A stretch of DNA of 48,454 nucleotides from an uncultured Myxococcales bacterium (GTDB lineage: Bacteria; Myxococcota_A; UBA9042; CAIXZC01). The notes under the pieces are model-generated. The model saw only the letters and a list, made by a program, of their open reading frames with translations. It ran no database searches and was not told where the DNA came from. Of the stretch, positions 1 through 7,948 are shown piece by piece. How positions within the stretch are numbered: position 1 is the first letter of the stretch; the number at the start of each line of letters is the position of its first letter. Made by a program: the position numbers and the translations under genes. Where the stretch lies: NCBI GenBank assembly GCA_964565265.1, contig CAZMEC010000002.1, forward strand, positions 1 through 48,454, in the 5' to 3' direction.

Positions 1-296
1 TCACATCTCGCAAGGTACTGCCCTGGGGCCGTTCATGGGGGAACAGGTAGGTGCTAGGTGTCGGGGTGTCGGAGTGTGAAGTGTTTGGGTGAGAGGTGTC
101 GGGGTGGATGGACTGAAGGCCGTAGGCACTGTCCGGCCGGCCGGACCCAAAACACCCAAAACACCCAGACACTTCCAAGGGCCCAATCCTAGATGTGATC
201 AATAGCAGGCCCACTGGGGGAAGGGAATTTTGTAGGGGACCTTGGCGCTTCCTTCTTGCTCCTTGCCTGCCTTGGGGCGCTTGGGTTATCTTGCCT

Positions 297-311
297 TGGC
301 AAAATTGTCGC
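297..311 (+). promoter_or_regulatory. possible sigma54-type (-24/-12) promoter upstream of the TPR gene
   Basis: TGGCAAAATTGTCGC has its GG and GC dinucleotides in the same register as the TGGCAC-N5-TTGC consensus. It lies about 30 nt upstream of the ATG at 341. This is a motif match only. Confidence 0.2.
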
Positions 312-340
312 CTTAGTGACACGAAGAGGGGGAATGGCCC

Positions 341-2440
341 ATGATCACTGCTGTTCAATGGTCGGTTCTTGTGGTGTTGGGTACCTCGGCCCTTGGGGGC
401 GCTCCTGCTGCGGCCCCCGAAGCCCCCGCGCAGATCGAGGAACTGGAGGCCGCCCCGGCCCCCGTGAACCAACGCCGGCCCTGGAGCACGGACCGCTACT
501 TCGCTGAGGAACTCAACGACCTGGAGTTCCAGGCCGAGATGAAGAAGTCCCCCCTGCGAGAGGAATACATCAAGAAGACCCTCTCCCTGGTCGAGAGCAA
601 CCCCAACCACCCCCAGGCGGCGGACCTCTACTACCGCATCGCGGAATACATGACCCAGAATGTGGAGGCCGAGTACCAGAACGCCCTGCGGGCCTTTCAC
701 CTGATGGACTCAGAGGGTGCCGGGCGCCTGGCGCCGCCCAAGCCGGATTTTTCCCGCTCCCTGCCCTACTACCGGAAGATCCTCCAGGAGTTCCCCGAGT
801 ACCAGAAGGTCGAAGAGGTCTACTACTACTTCGGGCGCAATGCCCTCCTGACGGCCTCCTTCAAGACCAACCCGGGGCTGGCCCAGGACGCGGCCCTCTA
901 CCTGGAGAGTTTCATCCAGAAGTTCCCCGACAGCCGCTTCCGCACCCGCGCCGAGCTCATGCTCGCCGAGTACTACTTCGAGGCCAACAACCTGGGCAAG
1001 GCCCTGGAGCACTACAAGACCATCTCGGACAACTTCCCGGACGCCCCAATGGTGGACTACGCCACCTACAAGCTGGGCTGGGTCTACTACAACTACCAGC
1101 AGTATGACGCCTGCGTGGCCGCCTTCCGCAAGGTCCTCGAGGACCAGGAGAAGGCCGACCAGAAGGGCTCGGAGTTGTACGAGCAGGCCCTGAACGAGTA
1201 TGTGGTTGCCATCTCTGAGGCGGGCCTTGGCTGGAAGGAGGCCCTGGCCTTCCTCAACGCCCGCCTGGAGCCCGCCCAGGCCCGGGCAAGGATGCTGCAG
1301 GTGGCGGACCTCATGGCCACCAAGGACTTCTCCGAGGAGGCCGTCACGCTGTACCGACACTACATGAAGGCGGACCCCGTGGACCCCGGAGTGGTGGACC
1401 TCTGGAACCGCATGCTGACCGCCGCCCGGGTCAGCTATCCCCTCCCCCAGATGAACGACCTCCTGGACGAGATGCGGGCCTTCTTCGCCCCCGCCGGGGC
1501 CTTCCTGGAGAAGGCCACCCCGGAGACCCGGGCGGAGGCCAACGAGCTATTGCTCCGCTGGGACCTGGTGATGGCCGAGCGGGATCTGGAAGACGGCCTC
1601 TATCGCAGCGGCGGTGTCCCCGCCATGGAGCGCGCCGCCGCCAAGCTGGCCTCCCTCCAGGCCCAGGGCGGCAGCCTCCGGGGGCGCATCGACGCGGGGC
1701 TGGTCATGGCCTACGCGGGGCTGCTGAAGGAAGACTCCGGGGGCGCCATCATCTGGATCTCCGAGAACCTGCCGGGGCTGGCCGTTCCGGGCAACTTTGA
1801 GCTGCCCAAGAAACGCGAGGCCGAGGCCTGGACTCCCCTGGAGGAGAAGCTGCTGGCGGCGACCCAAAGCTATGTCTCTCAAAACGGCCACCCCGCCAAG
1901 CCCGACCTCCAGCCCCTGGCCAAGGCCGACATGCTGGCCGTGGTGCTTCAGGCCCAGACCCTGCTGCACTACCGTCGGGGTCACTTCGAAGAGGTGCTGA
2001 AGCTGGCCCGGGCCCAGCTTGCCCATGCCCCCGCCCACGAGGGCCTGGCCAGGCAGCTCTGGATGCTGCAGGACAGTGTCCGCCGCTTGCAGGACAACGA
2101 GACCGTGCTGGAGGTCACCACCAGCCTGCTGGAGTCCCGGAACCTGCCCAAGCCCCAGCGCCGGGATGTGCTGCACTACAACTGCGCCGCCCGCATCGAC
2201 CACGCCCCCGTCATCGCCGCCCGGGAGCTTTCCGCCGGTCTGGACTTCCTGGTGGAATCCGCCGAGTTCTGCCGGGACATCCCCGACAAGGCCGCCGAGG
2301 CCTGGTACCGCGCCGGCGAGATTGCGGCCGCCGCCAAGGACCTGGAGCGGGCCCGCATGGCCTTTGGTAATGTCCTGCGGGACTTCAAGGGCAGCCGCTT
2401 CGAGAAGTCCGCCCAGAAGGCCCTCCTCCGGCTGAAGTAG
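341..2440 (+). CDS. secreted tetratricopeptide-repeat (TPR) protein, 699 aa
   Basis: Long ORF whose ATG is preceded by a purine-rich GAGGGGG. The N-terminus has a hydrophobic signal-like segment (VLVVLGTSALGGAPAAA). TPR-like helix pairs recur (YYRIAEY, YYYFGRNAL, AEYYFEANNLGKALEHYKTI, YKLGWVYYNYQQYDACVAAFRKVLE, WYRAGEIAAAAKDLERARMAFGNVL). Confidence 0.75.
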   Translation: MITAVQWSVLVVLGTSALGGAPAAAPEAPAQIEELEAAPAPVNQRRPWSTDRYFAEELNDLEFQAEMKKSPLREEYIKKTLSLVESNPNHPQAADLYYRIAEYMTQNVEAEYQNALRAFHLMDSEGAGRLAPPKPDFSRSLPYYRKILQEFPEYQKVEEVYYYFGRNALLTASFKTNPGLAQDAALYLESFIQKFPDSRFRTRAELMLAEYYFEANNLGKALEHYKTISDNFPDAPMVDYATYKLGWVYYNYQQYDACVAAFRKVLEDQEKADQKGSELYEQALNEYVVAISEAGLGWKEALAFLNARLEPAQARARMLQVADLMATKDFSEEAVTLYRHYMKADPVDPGVVDLWNRMLTAARVSYPLPQMNDLLDEMRAFFAPAGAFLEKATPETRAEANELLLRWDLVMAERDLEDGLYRSGGVPAMERAAAKLASLQAQGGSLRGRIDAGLVMAYAGLLKEDSGGAIIWISENLPGLAVPGNFELPKKREAEAWTPLEEKLLAATQSYVSQNGHPAKPDLQPLAKADMLAVVLQAQTLLHYRRGHFEEVLKLARAQLAHAPAHEGLARQLWMLQDSVRRLQDNETVLEVTTSLLESRNLPKPQRRDVLHYNCAARIDHAPVIAARELSAGLDFLVESAEFCRDIPDKAAEAWYRAGEIAAAAKDLERARMAFGNVLRDFKGSRFEKSAQKALLRLK

Positions 2441-2478
2441 CCCAACCTGATTACAACTTGTGGGGAGCCTGGAGGGGC

Positions 2479-5400
2479 CTAGCGGCAACAGCCGCCGCTG
2501 CAGGTGTAGCCGGGGTTCAGGACTCTGGTGGTGGGATGATGAATCAGCTCCGAGGCCAGGGGATTGGCGTGCCCCAGCTTCACGGAGTCAACCAGCCCGT
2601 GGAAGAAGTCGCCGATGGCGGGGAAGCCGTCGTCATCCATCTGGGCGCTGCCGACTCGCAGCATGCCGCTCTCGCCGGTGACGGTCATGGCCAGTTCGCT
2701 CTTCGAGGCACCGTGGTTCACGGACAGGTAGGCCACGCCCTCGGAGAAACGCAGCAGGACCTGCATCCAAGTGTTGGCAGTAAAGGCGGGCAGCTCGACG
2801 CGCTTGCCCAGGGATTCAAAGAAGGGCACGCACCAGCCTCCCCCGGCGCTGGCGTTGATGCCCAGAACCCAGGCGGCCTGGCCACTGGTGGTGGTGTCCC
2901 GGGACACCAGGGTCATGCGGTTGGAACAGCTTGCGGGGCGGGCCAGGATCTCTATTGAGCCCCCCGTCTCCAGTTTGGGCGCCGAGGCCACCGTGACATA
3001 CTGGGACTCGCCGTCCAGGTTGAGCCCCGGGTCTTCGCCGTTCTCGGCCTCCGGGGGGTTGCCCTGGTAGGCAGCGTTGATCTTCGCCGTGCTGGTGTCC
3101 ACGCCCAGACTGTTGCGGTACTCATCGAAGCGCCACCAGGCCCGGACGCCATTGCACACCGAGGGCAGGCCCCAGCAGGGGGCGCTGCCGACAGTGATGC
3201 GGTCCTGCACCACCACCGGCTTCATGACCTCGGCCGCCTTCCACAGCAAGCGGTAGACCCGGTAGGGATAGGCCCCGCTGCCCACGGCAGAGCTCTCCGA
3301 GTGGGCCAGGAAGCGCAGGACGGGGGGACCGGGGCGGCCCCGACGGTGGAGGTACTCGGGGGTCTTGGCCACGCTGTGGATGAGGACCTCATCCAGGTAG
3401 CCCTTGAAGTAGGACAGGTGGGGCCCAACCAGTGAGGGATTGCTGCCCAGATGCAGGGGGATGGAGGGGGCCGCATAGGAGATGTTGTTCACCTTGGCAG
3501 CCAGGCTGGCCACCTTGAGGCCGTCCACGAAGAGGGACACCTCAGAGCTGTCCAGCACTGCAGCAAGATGATGCCAGGTGCCCAAGATCAGGGCCTGGGG
3601 CGCGGTCACCAGGTGGGCCGCAGTGGGGGCCGTACCGTTGACCCTGAAGTAGGGCTTGAGTTCGGGGTTGAGGCACAGGCCCCAGCCGCCACCCTCCTCG
3701 ATGTCCACCAGGCAGCCGCCATCGCTGGCCACGGCCTCAGCCAGCACCCAGGCCTCCACCGTCATCAGTTGCTTGGGCTTGAGGTTGGCGTTGCTGGCGG
3801 CAGGAAAGGCGATATAGGAGGCACCATCGAAGTAGAAGGCGCTGGCCGGCACCCCAAAGCGACCCACCGCTGCGGAGGCCCCGAAAATGCCGCCTGGATG
3901 CCCCGGGTTCACCTTGTCCTGGGCGTCCCCGTCCAGGGCCATGAAGGCGTTGACGCTGCAAAGGTCCTCCCGATCCTTGACGGTGTCTGCCTCCACCGAG
4001 GCGGGGCAGGGGCTGTCGGAATGGACCCGGGGGCCCACCACCTCCGTGGCCACTTCCGCGCTTTGGGAATTGGAGACCCGGTATTCCTTGAGGCGCAGGT
4101 CGTCCAGGTCCAGTTGGGCCTGGGGGGCAAGCTGGGAACCATAGGGGGCCCGGCTGTCGTAGATGGCCTTGACATCGAAGCGGGTCAGGGCCCGGGTGAA
4201 GACCGCCACCTCGTCGACCTCGGCGGCGAGAGCCCCCGTGCCAATGCCTCCAGCGGCAGAGATGCGCAGGGTGTCGTTGGCTGCAAGGCTGATGTCCAGA
4301 GCACAGCGTTTGCTGCCCTGGAAGAGGCCGTCCACCCACAGGGAGGTCTGGCCCCGGTCCCACACTCCCGCCACATGGTGCCAGGCGCCGTCGTTCAGGG
4401 GGCCCTTGGCCCTCACGCTGCAGTCGCTCACAAAGGCCCCGTCGGTGCGGACCCGGAAGTTGGGGTGGGGAGCGCCAGCCCAGGTGAGGATCTCCAGGCC
4501 CAGGCTCTCCTTGCCGTCCACCGCCGAGCGCCCCACCACGAAGCCCTTGCAGGCCGCTCCACAGTCCGCCTCAAGCCGCACCCAGGCGGAGAAGGACAGC
4601 TCGTTGTTCAGGTTCGCCGAGACCTTCAAGGGGGTGTTCAGGCTGGACCCGGCGCTGGGCTTGAAGGCGCCAATGGGATCGCCAAAGGCGTCCTCCTCCA
4701 GGGTACCGCTACCGCTCAGCGTGGCGTGGCGGTTGAAGTAGCTGCAGTCATTGAAGGAGTTGTTCCCAAAGCGCCAAAGAGCCCGCAGGGAATGGTCCAG
4801 GTAGCCAGAGGTGAGGGGAATCTCCATCAACTCGAACCGGCGGACCGACCCGGAAAGGCCAGGTCCGTAGGCCAGCCCGTAGGGATCGCAATCCCCGTCC
4901 GCGTGGGGCACGGAGGGGGCCAGGCAGGGTTCGTAGAGGACCAGATCCCGGCCCAGGTTGTCGCACACATCGCCCACCCCATTGCCGTCACTGTCCGTCT
5001 GGCTGCGGTTGGGCACGGCGGGGCAATTGTCCGTGCAGTTCGAGATCTCGCCGGCCAGGCAGGAGTGGTCGAAGCCCGCCGAGGGGACGCCGTCCAGGTC
5101 CTGATCGGGCAGACCCAGGCAGAGGCCCCCCACGCAGAGATCCTGGGCGGTGAGGTCGCTGCCATCGTCACAGGGGCCGCCGTTGACGACGGTCCATTCC
5201 GCTGAATCCATGGTGGGGTTGCACTCCAGGCAGCCGGAGTCATCGCTTTCGCCCCCGGCGAAGCAGACCCCGTCAATGAGGCAACTGTTGGTGCCCAAGG
5301 TGTACTTGCAGCCCTGGGTTGCATGGCAGGTGTCCAGGGTGCAGGGGATGAGGTCATCGCAGAGCAGGTTGGTGGCCTTGTTGATGCAGCCCTGGATGGG

Positions 5401-7593
5401 GTCGCAAAGATCCACCGTGCAGGCCACGGCGTCGGCACAGGAAGTGTCCACCGGAGTGTTGGCGCAGCCCTTGATGGGATCACAGGAGTCCGCCGTGCAG
5501 GCCAGGCCATCGTTGCAGTTCAGGGCATTCTTGGGTTTGCAGCCGCCGTTCAGGCCTGTGGCGCAGTATTCGACGCCGTTGCAGACATCGTCATCGTCGC
5601 AAATGGCATCCTGGGCCTGGTGGAAGCAGCCCGCCTGGGCCGAGCAGCCATCCAGGGAGCAGGAGATGCCGTCGTCGCAAAGGCCGTCGTCCTCCGTGTT
5701 GGAGCAACCCTCCAGGGGATCGCAGGCGTCCACGGTGCAGTTGATGCCGTCGTCGCAGTTGGGGATGTTGCGCACCCGGCAACCTCCGCCCACGCCCGCG
5801 GCGCAGTAGTCCGTGCCGTCGCAGGTGTCCTGGTTGTCGCAGAACTCGTCCTGGGGCTTGTTGACGCAGCCCCCTGGCTCGGCACAGTAGTCCAGCGTAC
5901 AGGCCACGGAGTCCTCGCACTTGGGCTCCGTGCCAGAGCACACGCCGCTCAGGCAGACCTCATCAATGACGCAGTCCAGCCCGTCATTGCAGGGGACCAG
6001 ATCCTCAATCAGGCTGGCGGTGCAGAAGGCCGACTCCTTCACGCAGACATCCACGGTGCAGGGCTCGCCGTCCTGGCAGTCGGAGTCCGCGTCACAACAG
6101 CGCCAACCCTCGTGCACGCCCTCCAGGGGAGAATGCACACAGCCCCCCGCCCCCGGCACGCACAGGTCCACGGTGCAGGGGGAGTTGTCGTCGCAGTTCC
6201 CGTCCAGTGGCAGGTTCACGCAGCCCTTGGCCTCGTCGCAGGAATCCGCGGTGCAGGCGTGGCCGTCGTTGCAGGTGGGGGCCGGCCCCGTCTTGCAACC
6301 CGCCGAGGGGTCGCAGAACTCCAGCCCGTCACAGGCGTTGGCGTTGTCGCAGAAGCTGTCCATGGGTTGGTGCTTCATCTCGTCATTTTCTTCGTCGCAG
6401 CTATCCACCGTGCAGGGTACCCCGTCGTCCAGGGCCGACAGCTCCAGGCGCTTGCAGCCGGTGGTGAGGTCGCAGACATCCACACCGGTGCAGAACAGGC
6501 CGTCGTCACAGACCTCGTGGAGGGGTTCATGTTTGCAGACCCCGCCCTCCAGGCAGCTATCCCGGGTGCAGTTGATGCCGTCATCGCAGTCCGCCGGGGT
6601 GTCGGAGACGCAGTTGCCCTCCAGGCAGTGGCCCAGACCGTTGCAGTACTCGGCCCCCAGGTTGCAAGGCGAGTTGTCGTTCTTCTGCAGGTAGAAACAG
6701 CCACTGGCCTCGTCGCAGGAGTCCGTGGTGCAGGGGTTCAGGTCGTCGCAGTCCACGGGCACGCCGTGGCACACCAGGACCTGGTCATTGCCCGTGCAGA
6801 CATCGTTCTCGGTGCAGGCATCCGAGTCATCGCAGCCGGTATTGGGAAGCCGCCACTCGTAGATGCAGGGGTTGCTGCCATCCTCCTTGCCAAGTTCGTT
6901 GCAGCGGGCCTTCATACAGGGGCTGGTGGCCACGCACTGGTAGGGGTCTCCGCCGCCGCACTGGCCGGCGTCATCGCAGGCATCCTTGGTGGTGCAGGGG
7001 TTGCCGTCCTTGCAGTTGTGGCCCTCGGGGCGCAACAGCAGGACCGAGCACTTGCCGGTCTTGGCTTCGCAGGAGTTGAAGCGGCAGTCGTCGGGGTTCG
7101 AGTCCTGGCACTCCACCACATCCCCGGGCACGCAGGTTCCGTCCTCGCAGGCATCGCCAATGGTGCAGAGGCTGCCGTCGCATTCCCCCGCCTTGTCCAG
7201 AGAGTTGAAGACGCAGCCCTGGGCAGGGATGCAGGTGTCCGCGGTGCAGGCGTTGCCATCCTCGCAGGTGACCTGGGTGCCAGCCTCGCAGATGCCCCGG
7301 GCCGAGCAACTCTCCGCCTCCGTGCACTCGTTGCCATCGTCGCAGCCCAGCCCCTGCAGCACCTCGTATTCGCAGAAGCCCCAGGCGTTGCAGAGGTTCT
7401 CGGTGCAGGGATTGTTGTCATTGCAGTCGTCGTTCATGCTGCAGACAATCACATCCCCCAGGTCCTCCTCGGTGTCATAACCCCCGAAGGAGACCTCATG
7501 GTTCCCCACCGTGTGCCCGTCCCCGCAGGCTGTGGCCATCAGGAAGGCGATCCCAAGGATTGAAAGCAGTCTGGCGTTGTTTTGCTTTGACAT
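2479..7593 (-). CDS. giant lipoprotein (about 1704 aa): Dictyostelium-type CTDC Cys repeats, thrombospondin type-3-like Ca-binding stretch, several LamG/concanavalin-like domains
   Basis: The frame is open to 7713, but the ATG at 7593 has a GGAGG a few nt upstream. That start gives a lipoprotein signal (MSKQNNARLLSILGIAFLMATAC). About two dozen C-D-D-x-N-x-C-T-x-D-x-C units follow (CDDGNECTEAESC, CEDGNACTADTC, CDDLNPCTTDSC and others). Next come DQDLDGVPS...TDSDGNGVGDVCD and LamG-like signatures (WHHVAGVWDRGQTSLWVDG, WHHLAAVLDSSEVSLFVDG). The protein ends in ...CSGGCCR. Confidence 0.85.
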   Translation of the reverse strand: MSKQNNARLLSILGIAFLMATACGDGHTVGNHEVSFGGYDTEEDLGDVIVCSMNDDCNDNNPCTENLCNAWGFCEYEVLQGLGCDDGNECTEAESCSARGICEAGTQVTCEDGNACTADTCIPAQGCVFNSLDKAGECDGSLCTIGDACEDGTCVPGDVVECQDSNPDDCRFNSCEAKTGKCSVLLLRPEGHNCKDGNPCTTKDACDDAGQCGGGDPYQCVATSPCMKARCNELGKEDGSNPCIYEWRLPNTGCDDSDACTENDVCTGNDQVLVCHGVPVDCDDLNPCTTDSCDEASGCFYLQKNDNSPCNLGAEYCNGLGHCLEGNCVSDTPADCDDGINCTRDSCLEGGVCKHEPLHEVCDDGLFCTGVDVCDLTTGCKRLELSALDDGVPCTVDSCDEENDEMKHQPMDSFCDNANACDGLEFCDPSAGCKTGPAPTCNDGHACTADSCDEAKGCVNLPLDGNCDDNSPCTVDLCVPGAGGCVHSPLEGVHEGWRCCDADSDCQDGEPCTVDVCVKESAFCTASLIEDLVPCNDGLDCVIDEVCLSGVCSGTEPKCEDSVACTLDYCAEPGGCVNKPQDEFCDNQDTCDGTDYCAAGVGGGCRVRNIPNCDDGINCTVDACDPLEGCSNTEDDGLCDDGISCSLDGCSAQAGCFHQAQDAICDDDDVCNGVEYCATGLNGGCKPKNALNCNDGLACTADSCDPIKGCANTPVDTSCADAVACTVDLCDPIQGCINKATNLLCDDLIPCTLDTCHATQGCKYTLGTNSCLIDGVCFAGGESDDSGCLECNPTMDSAEWTVVNGGPCDDGSDLTAQDLCVGGLCLGLPDQDLDGVPSAGFDHSCLAGEISNCTDNCPAVPNRSQTDSDGNGVGDVCDNLGRDLVLYEPCLAPSVPHADGDCDPYGLAYGPGLSGSVRRFELMEIPLTSGYLDHSLRALWRFGNNSFNDCSYFNRHATLSGSGTLEEDAFGDPIGAFKPSAGSSLNTPLKVSANLNNELSFSAWVRLEADCGAACKGFVVGRSAVDGKESLGLEILTWAGAPHPNFRVRTDGAFVSDCSVRAKGPLNDGAWHHVAGVWDRGQTSLWVDGLFQGSKRCALDISLAANDTLRISAAGGIGTGALAAEVDEVAVFTRALTRFDVKAIYDSRAPYGSQLAPQAQLDLDDLRLKEYRVSNSQSAEVATEVVGPRVHSDSPCPASVEADTVKDREDLCSVNAFMALDGDAQDKVNPGHPGGIFGASAAVGRFGVPASAFYFDGASYIAFPAASNANLKPKQLMTVEAWVLAEAVASDGGCLVDIEEGGGWGLCLNPELKPYFRVNGTAPTAAHLVTAPQALILGTWHHLAAVLDSSEVSLFVDGLKVASLAAKVNNISYAAPSIPLHLGSNPSLVGPHLSYFKGYLDEVLIHSVAKTPEYLHRRGRPGPPVLRFLAHSESSAVGSGAYPYRVYRLLWKAAEVMKPVVVQDRITVGSAPCWGLPSVCNGVRAWWRFDEYRNSLGVDTSTAKINAAYQGNPPEAENGEDPGLNLDGESQYVTVASAPKLETGGSIEILARPASCSNRMTLVSRDTTTSGQAAWVLGINASAGGGWCVPFFESLGKRVELPAFTANTWMQVLLRFSEGVAYLSVNHGASKSELAMTVTGESGMLRVGSAQMDDDGFPAIGDFFHGLVDSVKLGHANPLASELIHHPTTRVLNPGYTCSGGCCR

Positions 7594-7625
7594 GGCCCCT
7601 CCGAAACGAAGCACTTTGGCCATAT

Positions 7626-7652
7626 ATTGTATAGCGCCTGCGAGATTGGCAA
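7626..7652 (-). promoter_or_regulatory. possible sigma70-type promoter for the giant CTDC/LamG gene
   Basis: The minus strand reads TTGCCA-N15-TACAAT within an AT-richer stretch about 30 nt upstream of the 7593 start. The spacer is shorter than optimal. Confidence 0.3.
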
Positions 7653-7687
7653 AAAAAGCTGTGGTCTTGGCGGGTTGTCTGGCGGGC

Positions 7688-7879
7688 CTAGTCGAGGTTG
7701 TCGGTGGCATCACCGGGCTTGATCTTCTCCATCATGCGGAGAAATTTCCGGTAAAGGGTCACGAAGTCCTCGCGCTGGACGAAGCTCTTGAGGTCTTTGT
7801 TGCGGGTTGCGGCCTTGAGGATCTCAATGGCTATTGCGACTTCGCCAAGGGTGAAGGACTGACTCTTCCTGGATTCCAT
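7688..7879 (-). CDS. small hypothetical protein, 63 aa
   Basis: The ATG at 7879 is preceded by GGAGG (minus strand CAACGGAGGCCCATCCATG). The longer 81-aa version would begin inside the predicted promoter. The product (MESRKSQSFTLGEVAIAIEILKAATRNKDLKSFVQ...) is helical and charged with no recognisable family. The gene sits in a locally AT-richer islet. Confidence 0.45.
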   Translation of the reverse strand: MESRKSQSFTLGEVAIAIEILKAATRNKDLKSFVQREDFVTLYRKFLRMMEKIKPGDATDNLD

Positions 7880-7904
7880 GGATGGGCCTCCGTTGTTCGC
7901 GCGG

Positions 7905-7933
7905 AGTATAGACGGGGGAGGTTTTTCCGTCAA
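7905..7933 (-). promoter_or_regulatory. near-consensus sigma70-type promoter upstream of the 63-aa ORF
   Basis: The minus strand reads TTGACG-N17-TATACT (5/6 and 5/6 matches, optimal spacer). It ends about 25 nt upstream of the GGAGG/ATG at 7879. Confidence 0.5.
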
Positions 7934-7948
7934 CGCATTCCGCCGCCC

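Noticed and set aside
1-186. 61-aa minus-strand ORF at the left edge
   Set aside because: Pro/Thr-rich translation of a short-repeat tract with no SD. It is most likely non-coding.
3451-7563. Long plus-strand ORFs (3451-5205, 584 aa; 5323-7563, 746 aa) antisense to the giant CTDC/LamG gene
   Set aside because: They are Ala/Gly/Val/Arg-rich low-complexity translations, typical of shadow frames in GC-rich DNA. They have no motifs, SD or signal, and the opposite strand has a strongly supported domain-rich gene.
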